Assembly (NCBI GenBank): GCA_012295275.1
Contig: CM022673.1
Location: 19,034,001-19,098,000 of the forward strand
Origin: Chrysomallon squamiferum
Lineage: Eukaryota > Animalia > Mollusca
Direction: 5' to 3'
Length of the DNA: 64,000 bases
Position numbers and translations under genes: made by a program. Numbering within the stretch: the first letter of the stretch is position 1; each line of letters starts with the position of its first letter. Below are positions 14,522 through 28,298 of this stretch, one piece after another. The notes under the pieces were generated by a model that searched no databases, was not told where the DNA came from, and worked only from the letters and a program-made list of their open reading frames with translations.

Positions 14522-17500
14522 TCCTGTACAACATTCATATTACAGATCAATATTAGAAACATAATGTTATATTTTGTCAAATTAAGATCTGATTTAGTAA
14601 ATAATCTAGAATTTTTCTCAGAAAATTTTAAAAAGTTCTTTATATAACAATAAATATGAAAAAGGATTAGAGTAAGTACATCTTATAAAGATTAATCCAC
14701 TGAAAGCCATCAAGTCAACTATTGTTTGTCTGAGGAATCTATCATGAAAAAAAAAAAAGTAACACTGAAACAACATCCAGCAGGATTTGAAGATGAAAAA
14801 TTTACTCACCTTTAAGTATAAGAAGGATTAGTTCAATATCTTTTTCTTGAAATGAATCAACAAATCTTTTTAATATATCAAACAGTAAAGTACTTCGTAT
14901 AACCTGAAACAATAAACAGTCAAGAATCACTTAAATTTTTATTTTCAGTTTATTGTATCTGTACTCTGTAGGGCTATATTGAATTTGAATAAACTGTATG
15001 TATATATAACAATACAGAGACCAGGTTTTTTCTAACTTTTTAGTACATTTAAAAATATAATTAAGAGTAAAATATAAAAATAACTTTTCTCTTTCTTAAT
15101 GGCCTAAACATTACCTTGAAATTGTAGAGACCTGTAAAAAGCATAACTATATTGTCAATCGTTTTATCACCACCATAACCAGCCTGCTTGTATAGTTCAT
15201 CAAATTTTTGGGCTAAATTCTGGATAAAGAAAGCACCTAAAAAAAATCAAGTTTTTATTTGTTTTTTATGAATTATTAAAAAAAAAAAAAAAAGTATGTT
15301 AACAGATTAATTAATAGTAATACACTTGTCAGATTTATTACACTACTGAAAAGGCTAAAGAAACATTCATTAAAAAAAGGATATATGATTATGTTCTAGG
15401 ATATAACATTAGTTATGTATAAAACAAATTAACAAAATCTGTAATTATACTTATGAAATGTATGACAAACTAATCATTATACAATTAAAAGTTATTTTAA
15501 ATTAGAGTTTTGAACTCTAATACAATTTAAAAAAAAAATTATTTAGTTAAAACATCAAGTAATAACTATGAACTCACCAACTTCATTACCAACATTACTG
15601 TGTAGCAAAGTAATCAACATAACAAGTTCCATTGTTAGTCTCTCTGGAGTGAGGCTGACAGACACACAGGCCTCCTGTATGAGACTGGTTAGTGTCTCAT
15701 TAACATCAGCTCTGCTGTTAGACATGTATATGTCTTCTATCTGCATGCTGATTCCTTGAATGTTAGACTCACTGGTTCTGTTAATATGTGAAACAACATA
15801 AATAACAGGCAAATTCAAGTGATTTATTTCTTTGCATGAATATTTAAAACTAATTTTCTACACAACTTACTATATGTGAAATTGAAAAACAATTTTATTA
15901 ATGAACTTTTAAAAATATGTAACATGCCCAAATGTGTGTGTGTGTGGCTTAGCATCATCTTAATTGCATACAAAGTACTTAAAATAAAAAGTCAAAATAT
16001 TTACGGTTCATACATGAATACAGTTTTCTATTCAGTGAAAAAATGCATCTTTTCTGTTTGATAAAAAAATTAATATTAAACTTATCTGTGTTAAATAAGC
16101 TACAACGGAAATCTGAGAACATTAATTTATTTGTGTTTGGAATAACTTGAAAGACTATAATTAACTCTATTTGATTAACAAACCTGTTTATAAGACCTTT
16201 CATCTGTTTCTTGAGTCGTTCCAAAACCTGTTTTCTCTTGTCACTGTCTTCTGTCACTGGTCTCCTTTTGGCTGGAGGGATGTAAGCACCACTCATTTTA
16301 GAAACAGGAATAACATTACCTTTTTCATCTCGGATGCGTCCATATATGTCTTCTGAAAGACTTTTCTTTTTTTCTCTCATGTAATCATCAGTTCTGTCAT
16401 CAATATTTTCCTCTTCTTCATTGTCACAGTCATCATCCATACTGTCATCATCAATGACATTATCTTCATCGCTGACCTCATTATCATCTTCATTGTCACT
16501 GTTGTCATCTGCCTCAGAACTGGTTTCATCATCATTACTGTCTTCCACATTATGAAACTTAACTTTCTTATCTTCTTTTTCTTTTCCATGTTCTGCTTTT
16601 AGAATTGATTTATTACTGTATTTATTTTGTTCATTTAATTTTGTATTTTTTTTAGTTTCTTCATCTATTTCATATTCATTGCTGTCTGAAAGATCACTTT
16701 CTGATTCATTTTCATCACTAGCCAGTGAAGGTAACTCAGCATCTGAATGCAGACAGAAGAAAATATAAATCAGATTAGAGGAAAAACAGTGAAAGAATAT
16801 ACTTAATTTGTTGCAGCTAATCATGTCACTTTAGTCAGTTCTTTATAAATTCAATGTTTCTTATTTTTGTACAAAGACTCATTAAACATGTAACAAAATA
16901 ATTACTGCACATTTTTTAAAGTAAAAAAAAAGGGAGAAAGCTGTTTTTTGTGTTTCAAGGAATAGCAGAGTACAAGTATACATAATATAAATATGTTCTT
17001 GCTTAAAAAACAAAAATGAAACATGTATAATTCTGTACCTTCATTATCAGATTCTAACATGGTTTCTTCAAAATTTTGTTCCCTGGCAATGTCAAGTTTT
17101 TCTGAATCAACTACATCTAAAAGAACTCATAATGTTAAGGGAAAAACATTCACAATCATTAAACTTTTAATACAAAACAAACTGTAAAAATATTATTATG
17201 TTTTCTTTATACAGAAAAAATTAAAAATAATGTAATAACTTTAAAAATCATAATTATAATTAAATTTTTAAGGATGCAGTCAAGCCCATCACTGATGAAA
17301 GCCTTAGGTAAGGTGTGCATTGATTTCTTCAGTTTCAGCTGTTTTTCAAGATGATGCAGTTCTCGATCTTCCTTTTCTATTGCCTTCAGATGTTGTTCTC
17401 GTTTCAAAGCTGCTTCCTATATTAAAAACAAATATTTGTATTTATAGGTTTCTTTTTAAATGCAAACATTATCTAGAAACAAAATAAAGGTGAAAATAAT

Positions 17501-19216
17501 TCTTATTTCAAACTGTAAATTAAATGTTTCATATCCAAAATCTTTAGCATGGAAAGTGTCTCAGATTTATCGATTTTTATATTTTGAATATATCATAGAT
17601 GAGAATGGCCTGACAATATTATATTATTGCTCCAAGAGTTAATTATGAATATGAAATACATTTCATGTACAATCAAAAAAAAGAAAAAGAAATACAAGAT
17701 TTTAAAAAGTATGAAAACTAATTTTAAATCATTAGAAAGCTACGTGATTACTATTGTTGGTTGTCAGGGGGTGTTCTACTGCAAACATTCTTGATTTCAT
17801 GTGCTGTTTATTATGACACATGTACTGCTATATATGTAGTGGTATATCTGTGATGTATTTAAAATATATTATTTATTTCACAAGGGTAGAATAAACTTTC
17901 ACTATCTTCTTTTTTCACTTGAGGAACTTGAACATTAATAAGCAATTTAAGCAAGAGTCAAGAAAGAACAACAGAGTCACACTCACTTGGAAAACACTCT
18001 ACTCTAGGTGATGTCATTTTATTTTAATAATAAAAAAGTAGTTATAGCTATTAAAAAATAACTATTTTATTTAAGGCAAATTCTTGAAAATGCATTGATT
18101 CGATTGAACATAGAAAAAACAATGAAAAAGATTTACCTTTTGTTTTGCAATTTTTTTCATTTTTTTCTTTGCTCGTTTCCTGAGATTACTTCGTCTTATC
18201 TTCTCTTTCTTCTTCATTTCTGAAAGTGCTTTCTGTTTAGCTTTGTCAAGATCTTCTTGAGTTGGAATCTATTAATTTACAGATTTTAAATGTGTGTGTG
18301 TATTATTTTCTTAACATCTATGCTAATTTTATGTCTCAACTTTAAGATATTTTGTTACAGCGAATATTTTATTTAAATAATATATTTTATTCAACAAAAT
18401 CACTATCAAACAACAATTTCTTCTATATGTAACATTCCTTCAACCCTTCAATTAATGTTTCCTGTTAAGGAAAACAATTATTTGTATTATAAAAATAAAA
18501 TGATACCAAAACTGATGTTTTTGATTTTCTCTGTTTTAGAAAGAACAACTGTGACTATTATGATTATAACAATAACAGTACTGACAGGAAATAACATTTG
18601 TAGTGTGAATGCTGTTGTACACAACAACGACAAGAATGATAAAAAATAAAAATAAAAATAAACCCTCTTAACTGATAATGCAATCTTAGAATCTATGGCT
18701 GTTTACTGAATGTGCCAGCTTTAAAAGACCGTCTACTAATATCAACCATCTACCAGAATAAATAATTTTTAGCCGTCTTTTCTCTTTATTTTTTCTTGGC
18801 GATAACGACGATATTTACTTATCTCATGTTTAACTAAACTATGGAAATTTACTCCGTCTGTGTTTTCAAGATTATTAATGTTTTGATGGTAACGTTTTGG
18901 ATTTTTCCCGTTGTCCTCTTTGAAAGTATTTCCAAATAATAATAATAATATAAAATGTTTTTCTAAAAATAACATAAAAATTATATATATACATATCAGA
19001 GGTTATATCTGTCCAAAATTTCATCTGGGCACTTACGGTCTTCTTCTGACTGAATGCAAGACGTCGGAGTTTTTTCAGCTGTCTTTTCTCTTTACGTTTT
19101 TCCTTTCGATAACGATGAGATTTGCTTATGTCATGCTTAACTAAACTATGAAAATTTACTCCGTCTGATCTTTCTAGATTATTTTGTTTTAATGGTGACT
19201 TTATGGATTTCCCCAT
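12169..19216 (-). CDS. NOM1: Nucleolar MIF4G domain-containing protein 1 (NOM1/Sgd1), MIF4G + MA3 domains
   Basis: Exons in transcript order: 19216-19037 (ATG), 18268-18137, 17416-17278, 17125-17039, 16742-16184, 15777-15578, 15236-15115, 14903-14810, 14483-14253, 13973-13842, 13643-13522, 13250-13086, 12899-12768, 12450-12169 (TGA). All phases are compatible. NOM1 motifs: DGLDFLL, EDIYGR, YIPPAKR, KGLINRTSESN, GFTLRKDDP, SRVKFML, KGRWWLIGSAW, RMNTDIRKNIF, TFQFSLWD. Confidence 0.95.
17126..17277 (-). other. U12-type (minor spliceosome) intron with a non-canonical GC-AG boundary in NOM1
   Basis: Minus-strand 5' end GCATCCTTAA (U12 consensus RTATCCTT with T2>C). Branch site TTCCCTTAAC is followed by attatgag| at the 3' end. 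Removal joins GAC T|TT CTT TTA GAT = DGLDFLLD and keeps the frame. Confidence 0.85.
18770..18925 (-). pseudogene. Degenerate tandem duplicate of NOM1 exon 1 lying in intron 1
   Basis: Aligns by eye to about 19075-19230 (NNLENTDGVNFHSLVKHEISKYRRYRQEK vs NNLERSDGVNFHSLVKHDISKSHRYRKEK). The ATG position reads ACG, small indels are present and the gtaagt donor is lost. Confidence 0.85.
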
Positions 19217-19283
19217 AGTCCTCTGGAAAAGTGGTTGCAAATAAAAAATCGTCGATTCAAGTTAACACATGCATCATGTGGGC

Positions 19284-19295
19284 GCAGCCATATTG
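19284..19295 (-). promoter_or_regulatory. YY1-like motif in the NOM1 proximal promoter/5' UTR
   Basis: GCAGCCATATTG matches GCCATNTT, about 70 nt upstream of the NOM1 ATG in a short CpG-containing patch. Confidence 0.45.
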
Positions 19296-19332
19296 TAGAT
19301 AGTGTAAGGGAGACAATTTTACAAGCTATTAT

Positions 19333-19333
<1 letters not shown>

Positions 19334-19403
<70 letters not shown>

Positions 19404-19420
19404 AATAAATAAATAAATAA
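19334..19420. repeat. (AAT)n/(AAAT)n microsatellite
   Basis: Direct reading. Confidence 0.95.
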
Positions 19421-20589
19421 AAGAATAAACCAAATTCAAACAAGGTGATATTTATTTTATTATTTTTAAGAAATGATCATCAAACTGAATAATTAGTATT
19501 TAAAAGAAATAAATAAAAATAAAATTGTTTATCACTGCTGACTGAGGAGTTACTTGCTGTTCTTATTATAAAACAAGAGAGTAAAAAAAAAAAATAATAA
19601 TTAAAAAAATTTCAAATTAATAAATTTTCTTATTATGAATATTCAAATATAGACATTTTAAAGCAATTAAAATATACTTTCAAGAATTATGTGACATTTA
19701 TCTTCTTCACTATAAATATCCAAAATGTTATTGTACTCAAAAATTGTTCAACTGAAAATAAAAAATTAACACATAATACTATGCTGCTTATATGTACTTG
19801 GTTCCCTATTTGTATACACATGAAAGATTTCAGAAAAGAAATTTACTTTAAAAAGGAATGCTTATTGCAAAAAATATAGCAAATGTAATAATGATAATAA
19901 TAGTAGTAAAAAAAAATATATAAAATAAAACAAAAATAATTTTTGTGATATCAACTGGATGTTAATTTCAGATGAACTCAGCACTTAAAAACATGTTTCT
20001 AAGGATTAATTAGCTACTGAGTTAGACTAAAAAGCATTAAAAAACACAAAAAAGAAAATACTAACTGAAGAGTTTTAGTTTCTTGATGAACTAACTATTA
20101 AATTATCTACATATAACAAAAACATGAATGATGAGATATTTTTAAAAAGCTTGTGATAAAGAATTAAAAAGAGACAAACAATACTTCTTTCAGTGGATTT
20201 TTTTATTATTTAAAAAAAAAAAATTAATTTCATTTTAGTTATAATCATTATAAACTAAAACAATACACATTTTCTAAATTATGGTTAATAATTCCTTGGA
20301 AATTTAAAACACTTAATATCTTTGTACATAATTAAAAAGTAAAACCAAATATCTAATTTTTGTTATCAGTCTCTTCAAGGTTTATTTATTTCTATAATTT
20401 ATTATAACATTCTCATGAAAATAATTATAAAAATAAAATAAATTATTAGAATATTTTTTCCCCCAGACAATATAATGACTGTGGGTTTAAAACTTAAACA
20501 AGAATTATAGTTAAAAAAAATAATAATAATAATAAATAAATTACTAAAAATTTAACAAAAAAAACCCAAAACACAAAAATGTCAATTTA

Positions 20590-23500
20590 TTAAAATGAGC
20601 TTGCTTTGTGTTTTGGTAGAAAGTTGAACTCAGGAGGAACTGGTCCAAGAAACATCTCACTGAAAAAGAAAAAAAAAAGAAAAAATAAAATTATTCCTTT
20701 TCTGAAAACAATGCAATGCTTTAATGAACATATTATTTGAAAAGCAAATGTGAAATCATTAAAATTATTATAGTTATTATATTTTTATTATTATTATTAT
20801 TCATAATTTTATTTCAGCAGAAAAAGTCCTAAAATTACATCTGATGCTCAACACAGTAATTTATTTAGCTTCAGGTTTAGTAATGTGTAACTGACTGAAA
20901 AGTTAACAAATTAACAAAATGCAAATGAAAGATGATAATCACAGTGGTAATTTGATTAAAGAACTAATTAAAGTTTCTCAGTTTAACACTTTACCTCAGT
21001 TTTATCCAGTCACTACAACTATAACTACTCATAAGTGTTTCCAAATCATTTCTACCAACAAATTGAGGAGGACGTTCATTTATTTTTTGTGGCAGTCGCT
21101 CCAGAAGTCCAACTGGAATATATCTTAAAGAAATAAAGTTGGAAATCAGTACATTTCTTTTTGCATTACTTGATAAACATAATCCTGCATCATAAAAATT
21201 TAAATTTTAAAATCTCAGTCACTGGATCAGGTGAAGAATAAATGTTTTTTTACGTCTTATGGCTGATCACTTACAAGAGAGAAAATATATTATAAAATTT
21301 TCAATTTTTTCATATTTTTTCCTGATGTCATCAACTGAGTTGCTTAGAATATCTTTCATTTGGAAAACAATTTTTATAATTAGAGTTCCAACATTTAAGT
21401 ACTAATATTATTCTTTCTATAATCATTTTTTGTATGTTGATGAATAAAAGAAAACTAGTGCAAGACGAATCATGAAATATTGACAAATGTAACATTTACC
21501 TGCAAGTAAAAGACAACCATTCCAGTAGAAAACGTCTTGTGTTCTCCACTCCCTGATAGTCTGAGCCCCAATGTTCCAGTCCAAAATTTGTGTATTCCTT
21601 TAGAATGTCCAGTCTTTCAGAGGCAGAGATATCCCAGTGTCGCCTTTCTTTGATCTCTGTGAATATCCATGGTTTGATTAGAGCTCCTCTATAAAAAAAT
21701 TAATTAAAAAACAACATAACACTCCAAAAAGAAAATGCAAAATCACAAGCTCACATCATTATAATTATTGTAACATTAAGAAATAAAACTCAGCAGAAGT
21801 GCTAGTATGATGAAGTGCTAGTTGAAACACATGATGGTTGATTCCACAGATTAACTCTGACAGAGACAGCTTTGTGTGTCATTTTTATGGTTTTCCCTTG
21901 AATTTAAATAGTCAATGAATCTTCTGGTTTTCAAAAACTAAATATACGTTTGTATAATGATTAACTGTTACCTCATTTGTAAAATATTTTTTAAACAAAG
22001 TCTAAAAACTATTAAATATAATGATTTTAAAATGTTATTTAAAATAAAATTTACATAAAAATTTCAATGACTCATTTCTAATATATATAAAGGCTGACTA
22101 AGTGTTATTTTATTAACTAACCTTCCAATCATAATACCAGACACTCCAGTGTTCTCAAGATGGTTATAGTAGTCTTCGTAAGATAAAATATCTCCACTGC
22201 CTAGGTAAAGCACACAAATTTTTACTTAATTTTGTAAAAATTATTATTTGTTGTAGTATAAATGATCTGACAATATACTTATAAAGCCAATCAAAATAAA
22301 TATTTAAAAAACATAATCTCACAAATTGAATTAAAAATATATTGATGTACAAAGAAATGAAAAATCTGTGTAGGCTAAAAAATACAAAAGCAGTAATTGA
22401 TTTTGCATGGTTTTGAATTCTCAGATTTTTTTATTTATTTGTCAGATCTATCATATATCTGTTTCAAAATTATATGATGCATTTAAAATAAAAGTCCCAC
22501 TTTTGTGTTTTTATTTATCAATTTCTTTTTTATCGACCATGAACTTTCATAACTATTGATATTTAATATTGTCATTACAGACTTTTGCTGCAAGAATTTG
22601 CACAAAATTACCTTCTGTGTATGTCAGTGACACTTTTGTGATAAAAATAAAAGTAGTGATATATGGAAGGCCTGTGGAGGACACATCTGAACTTGGAATG
22701 TATGCCCATCTTGTACAATGTGAAGAAAAGATTATCTGTGTTGTTTTGATAACATTTTCATGTACATTTCTTTTACATGTTTGTTACATTAAAATATAAA
22801 AGGTTAATACACAATGAACAGGCTTATCAGTAAAAAAAATTGTAATTCACAACTGAAAACATCATCTGCTTGTGTGAAAAAACTGATATGTGAATATGCC
22901 AAACCATCAACCTGTTTCCCAATAATCCAGTATGGTAGCTATTTATTAGTTTTCACAACAAAATAAGACATGTACAGAATTTCAGCTACTCTGAGACACC
23001 AGTGAATATCTGCAACATAAGATATTAATATCCATTTCTTTAGCTTAAATAAAAGATCTGTTAATTAATTATAAGAATTTTAAAAGATGTTTACCAAATA
23101 GTGGCATTGGTGCTGCTGCCTTAGAGCACTGATCTATGTACTCCCAGTCAGCCAGACGAGTGTACCGCTGTTCTCTGGATCGTCCATGCAGCTAGTGAAA
23201 CAGAGACAAAAATTATTTAAATAAAATAAAATATTTAACTACAAATGAAAAAGGAAACTGTTAGAAAAGTACACAACTAATCAAATGCATAAAATATTGT
23301 AAACAAAATTGCTGGACTTGATTGAGAAATATTTAAACTTATATTTAAAAATAATAAAAATAAATAAAATTCAGACGAAACATACAGTGGTTAAGGATGT
23401 TCCCCAATCTCTGAGCTTTGGCATCAGCAAATGAGCAGTGTTTTTGTGATGTGAAATTCCTGTTCTCACTTTTACTGTTAAAGGAACATCAAGAACAGAA

Positions 23501-26500
23501 GACATCCCTCTCACTATTTTCTCTAATTTGTTTGGTTTGTCTATCAGGGCTGATCCAGCTCCCTAAATTTAAAAACTGACTATTTCATACAAATGTTCAG
23601 TAAACCTTAAGAAATATCTAATATTAGCATAACATACTAAATGTTTAATAAAAAGACAGTTAATAAAACATATCAGTTTTTTTACTTTAAAGCTAACCTT
23701 CACACATTAAATTACACTGAAACATATGTTTGTTACTAAAACAATTGATAAATAAATATGAATAATTTTTCTTAATTGAGTAGTTGATCAAACTTCCATT
23801 AAAATATTTCAGAATGGTGAAGAAACAATTTTTTTCACAATAATTCTAAATTTTATTTGAAAGCAATTAAAAAATAAACCAATACATTTTTCTAGCAAAC
23901 AGCTCACTTTTTGATATACTATATCTATAGGGCAGCCACAGTTTATATCCAGGAAATCTATTTCTACAGTTTCATTCAAAAGTTGAGCACATTTTGTCAT
24001 AGTATCAGGAAATGCACCACAGATCTGTAGAAATATTTTGTGAAATATCTTTTAGTACTATGTAAAAAAAAGTTGTAACCTGTGAAACATGAATTAAAAA
24101 AAAAGTGATAAATTTTTCTTTTTATTAACATTTAAAGCAAAATGAAAAACATTTTAATCAATGATTATATTTAGTGTCAGTCACACACACACACACCACA
24201 TACACATACTTCTTTGTATCTATATGTAAAAGATATCTTGCTTCAAGGCACCCATCACTCAGCAGCAGTGAAATTTTTCTATCACATTATCACCACATAT
24301 AAAATACACGACTGATATCTAACAAGTATTTATCTAAAAAAATTGGTTTTAGTCATTCATTTACCAAATTGTGAAATATAGCAAATAAAGTGAATGTTTA
24401 CTTCAGTTTGTTTTTTATTTTGTTTGCACAAACAATACTTTGATATCTTGTAACTTAGAAATGATCTCTCTAATCAAGCACTGTACCTGAACACCAAAGA
24501 TGTCTTCTGTTGAATGGCGTTTTATAAGAGACCATTCTGACTGTTTACCCTGCAATAGGTTTGTTGCCATTGCCATTTCTCCACATGTTATATCAGCCCC
24601 AAGTTTCTTGCACATTCTCCTAAAAGGTAGATTACCCACCTAAAAAGAATAAAATGAATGATATCAATTCAGTTTACATTAAATTAATGAAACAACCATT
24701 TTATTACAAGCAATCATCAGAATATGTTACTGCAAGTATATAAATTCAATTATTCTTATTACATTAGATAACAAATAATATCATATAAAAATAATGTATA
24801 CATAAATATGATTTTAAATAATGTTTACAATGTATTCATAAATTTTATGGAAACTTACTGTTGTTAATGGAGCCAAATACAGTTTTTCTGAGAAATTTAT
24901 CTGAAAATGATAAAATATAATTTCCAAAATCATCCATTTTTATAGCCAATTATACATTATACAACTCAGAATTGTTTACTTGTATACATTTTATGATCTT
25001 TGTAAATTACATTCAAATTTTACTGAACTCAAGAAATTTAATATAGCTATGACTAATTGTTTGATAAAATTACTTTTTATCTCTTTCTGGCAGACACAAG
25101 TATTGATTAAATTTAATTAATAACACTCATTTATTTGAAATATCTTAATAGATAGATACGTACAAATTATTAACAAATTCATAAAATAATTAATATTTTT
25201 CTTCTAAATGTAAACAGATTACGGATACTATTTAATTGACAATCAACGAAATATTGAATACAGGGCATATTATAACATCTACAGATATTAATAATTATTA
25301 AACATAACTAAAATACATATTATTAATTACACCCAAAAAAACCTTCATAACAAACCATTTTCTTTTCAGCAGATTTTAATTTGATAACATTTTCATTAGT
25401 GATACACCCTATGTTATGTTCCTCCTCCACGTGGTTGCCATTAGTACTTGTCAAATCTACAGCAGTGCTGACTTCTATCTGGTTCTTTATTTCCTTCCAA
25501 AAACCACTTTGAACTTTCTCATCAACTGTCAGAGATTTAAAACCTTTGGAAATGACAAATTCTGATTTATGAAAATTGTATTTCTTTTTCCACAGCAGTT
25601 TCTGTAAATCTTTCGATAAAGTATTCATCACTTTATCTTTTGATGCCATCTTTTTATACAGTTCCTCATTAACAATGTTTTTAAAATTTTCATCAACATG
25701 ACAGTCAGAAAATCTACATCGAATTCCACAAGGACACTTTCCAAATGTTCTAAATATATGGCATTCATCAGAAATGTTGGGTATCTTAGAGTTTACAAAT
25801 TTGGCGACATCATGTAAGAATTTACATGAGTCACCAAAAGTACATTGTTCTTCTCTGACAATGGCTGGGCACATTTTTAATGAGGCATCTTGATGTTTGT
25901 TCCTAGGCCTGTTTTTATTACATCCTTTCAACTTTTGTTTCTTTGCTAGTGGCTCTCCTTCTTCTGATGGCTGTTTGTGAGGCTTTTCAACTGAAACTAA
26001 ATACCTACAAAAGACATTTAGCAAACATAATAATTCAAACATGATAATGCTTGTTACATTTAATTTTGTAATTAAATATGAAATAAAAAATTATGTTAAC
26101 TCTAAACATTAAAGACTGTATTTACATTTCAGGAATTACTGTATCTATAAGCTTTGTTAAAAATGCACAGACTTTTTCTTCTTTCTTTTCAGTGCAGATG
26201 ATAGTTTGACATATCTGAAATTTTGACTGATTTAACTTAACTGACTTTTACTTAGTACTTAAACCTCTGACTCACATATTTGTGACAATGAATGTTTTGT
26301 CCCACCTACTCCAGCTGAAACATACAGCCTGACTTCTAGATTGTTATCACTGAGAAAGATCAGAGGGTTGATCTTTTTATCTCTGTCCAACATTACATGT
26401 TACAGTTATAATGGAAAAGTTGGAATATTTTCACTCAAATAATTCCACATTTGCAGAAGATGTCCCATCATTAAAATTTACTATTTACAAAAATAGAACT

Positions 26501-26824
26501 GAATGACAATGAAATTCTGTGGCTGCAGATAGTTCATCAGCTTGGAGTGAAGGCTTAACTTGAATTTTAGCTGTACATGTTTATTGCATTTACATTTTTT
26601 GTTTATGAAACAAAGACTAGTATACAATGATACCTATGGCCTACATTCATAGTACTTAATATAAGAACTACTATATAGTTTAATATCAATATTATATATA
26701 CATACTGTTTTTTAATACATGCATAGCCTGACTTCATTTCCTTTGTAGCAGTTTCAGTGATTTTTCTCTTTTTAATATCATCATCAGAGGAGAAAACAGC
26801 AGAAATACAAGTTACAGTGCTCAT
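20590..26824 (-). CDS. DUS3L: tRNA-dihydrouridine(47) synthase, DUS3-like (two CCCH zinc fingers + Dus TIM barrel)
   Basis: Exons: 26824-26706 (ATG), 26004-25356, 24900-24859, 24639-24487, 24024-23908, 23562-23386, 23191-23095, 22200-22122, 21688-21500, 21123-20995, 20659-20590 (TAA). Motifs: [76 protein letters not shown] probable non-coding first exon has its donor near 27521. Confidence 0.96.
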
Positions 26825-28175
26825 GTTTTCAAATTCTTCTGAAAAAGTTAATTACAAAATATTTTTATACATTTTAAATACAGGTAGACATTAAGTCACA
26901 TATATATATGAACCTACCATTTCTGATTATAACAACACTATAGTAAATTGGAAATACTGTTACTTGTAGTTTAGGTATGTCTGCAGATGTTTTACTGAAT
27001 ATTTTGATAGTATTTCTTATTCGGCTGCTAGTTAAAATATAAAAAGATCAATCAAAACTGTTAAAGCTGACTGGATTGTTAAACATAATAGTTTTTTCCT
27101 ATTATATATATATAGATATATATATTAGTAAGTAAGTAAATAAATAAATAAATGGTTGACTCCAATAAACTGGTTTCATTAAAATAAAAGTAACAAATAT
27201 CATTTTCACCGGCTTCATGGAAGCGCTAGATCTAAACTGCAAAACTGCTTAGTGATTATATAACAATAAATATTTACAACTCATTATACTTTATAGATCG
27301 TGGATTTTTATTTTATTATTATATATATATTTTTTAATTGATAATATTAATCATAATGGGACGACAAAAAAATTGCCCATCCTGCCGATACTACTACGAT
27401 TACCACTCTTGATGTACCATGTACTGATTTAGGTTAACCCGTATATAACGTAAAGCATCTTTATAGGTACATTCCGGTAAATTAAATTATTGTATCGTTC
27501 AGTTATGAAACAACAATTTACCTCAGAAATGTACTAAAATAAGAAATATACTGAAATAAAAATCGAGAACAATTCCAACAGCTGTGAAATCTGCGAACGA
27601 TACTGCTAGCGAACACTTTATCGTCGGTCAGGTCTTTCAATCGGGAGCGTGAAAGTCGGAACAGGTCCAGTAACTTCGTGAATATTCATGTGAGCAATGC
27701 TATTTAAAGCCTATTGCTTTAGTTCGACTATTATTCGAATAACGGAAAAGATAGATTTTTGTTAGTCTGTTTCTTATCAACTTTAAGCCTTTTTTTTTTT
27801 ATTCGAAATACTTATTATAGGATGTAGGATGAAACCGGAATGAATTCAACAAAAATGCGCAATTATTTTAGAACCATAGTTATGATAGTATGATACTGAT
27901 AGTGGTGGCGCAGTCTTCATTAACACCATTTTTACTTATTATGAATATATTTTAATTAAGTATGACATAAGGGTTCTGCAATACATTCCCAGACTAATAT
28001 ACATACATATACATAGATAAATGAATAGAAATAATTTGTTTGGAGTAGTTCATTGCAGCATTTATTATTAGTAGCTGACGGCAGTGATGCATATATCCGG
28101 CATATCTTATTTGAATCAACCTTTCAAAGTCAGTAATGGCTATTAGCTGATTTAAATGACTTGTGTCAACCATAT

Positions 28176-28185
28176 AATAATAATA

Positions 28186-28230
<45 letters not shown>
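28176..28230. repeat. (AAT)n microsatellite
   Basis: Direct reading. Confidence 0.95.
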
Positions 28231-28298
28231 CAATAGCATGGTCAATTTTGAATTTATCTTAGGTGATTCACATAGGTGACCTGAAATTTATTCATATA

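Noticed and set aside
14327-16589. Overlapping plus-strand and alternative-frame ORFs over NOM1
   Set aside because: Shadows of real NOM1 exons.
21214-21342. Minus-strand TGATGA...CTGA snoRNA candidate
   Set aside because: The box C lacks the leading purine, the apparent stem overlaps box D, and the interior is low-complexity AT sequence.
21806-21860. C/D-box snoRNA-like pattern (ATGATGA...CTGA) in a DUS3L intron
   Set aside because: It is antisense to the host gene, only about 50 nt between boxes and has no terminal stem.
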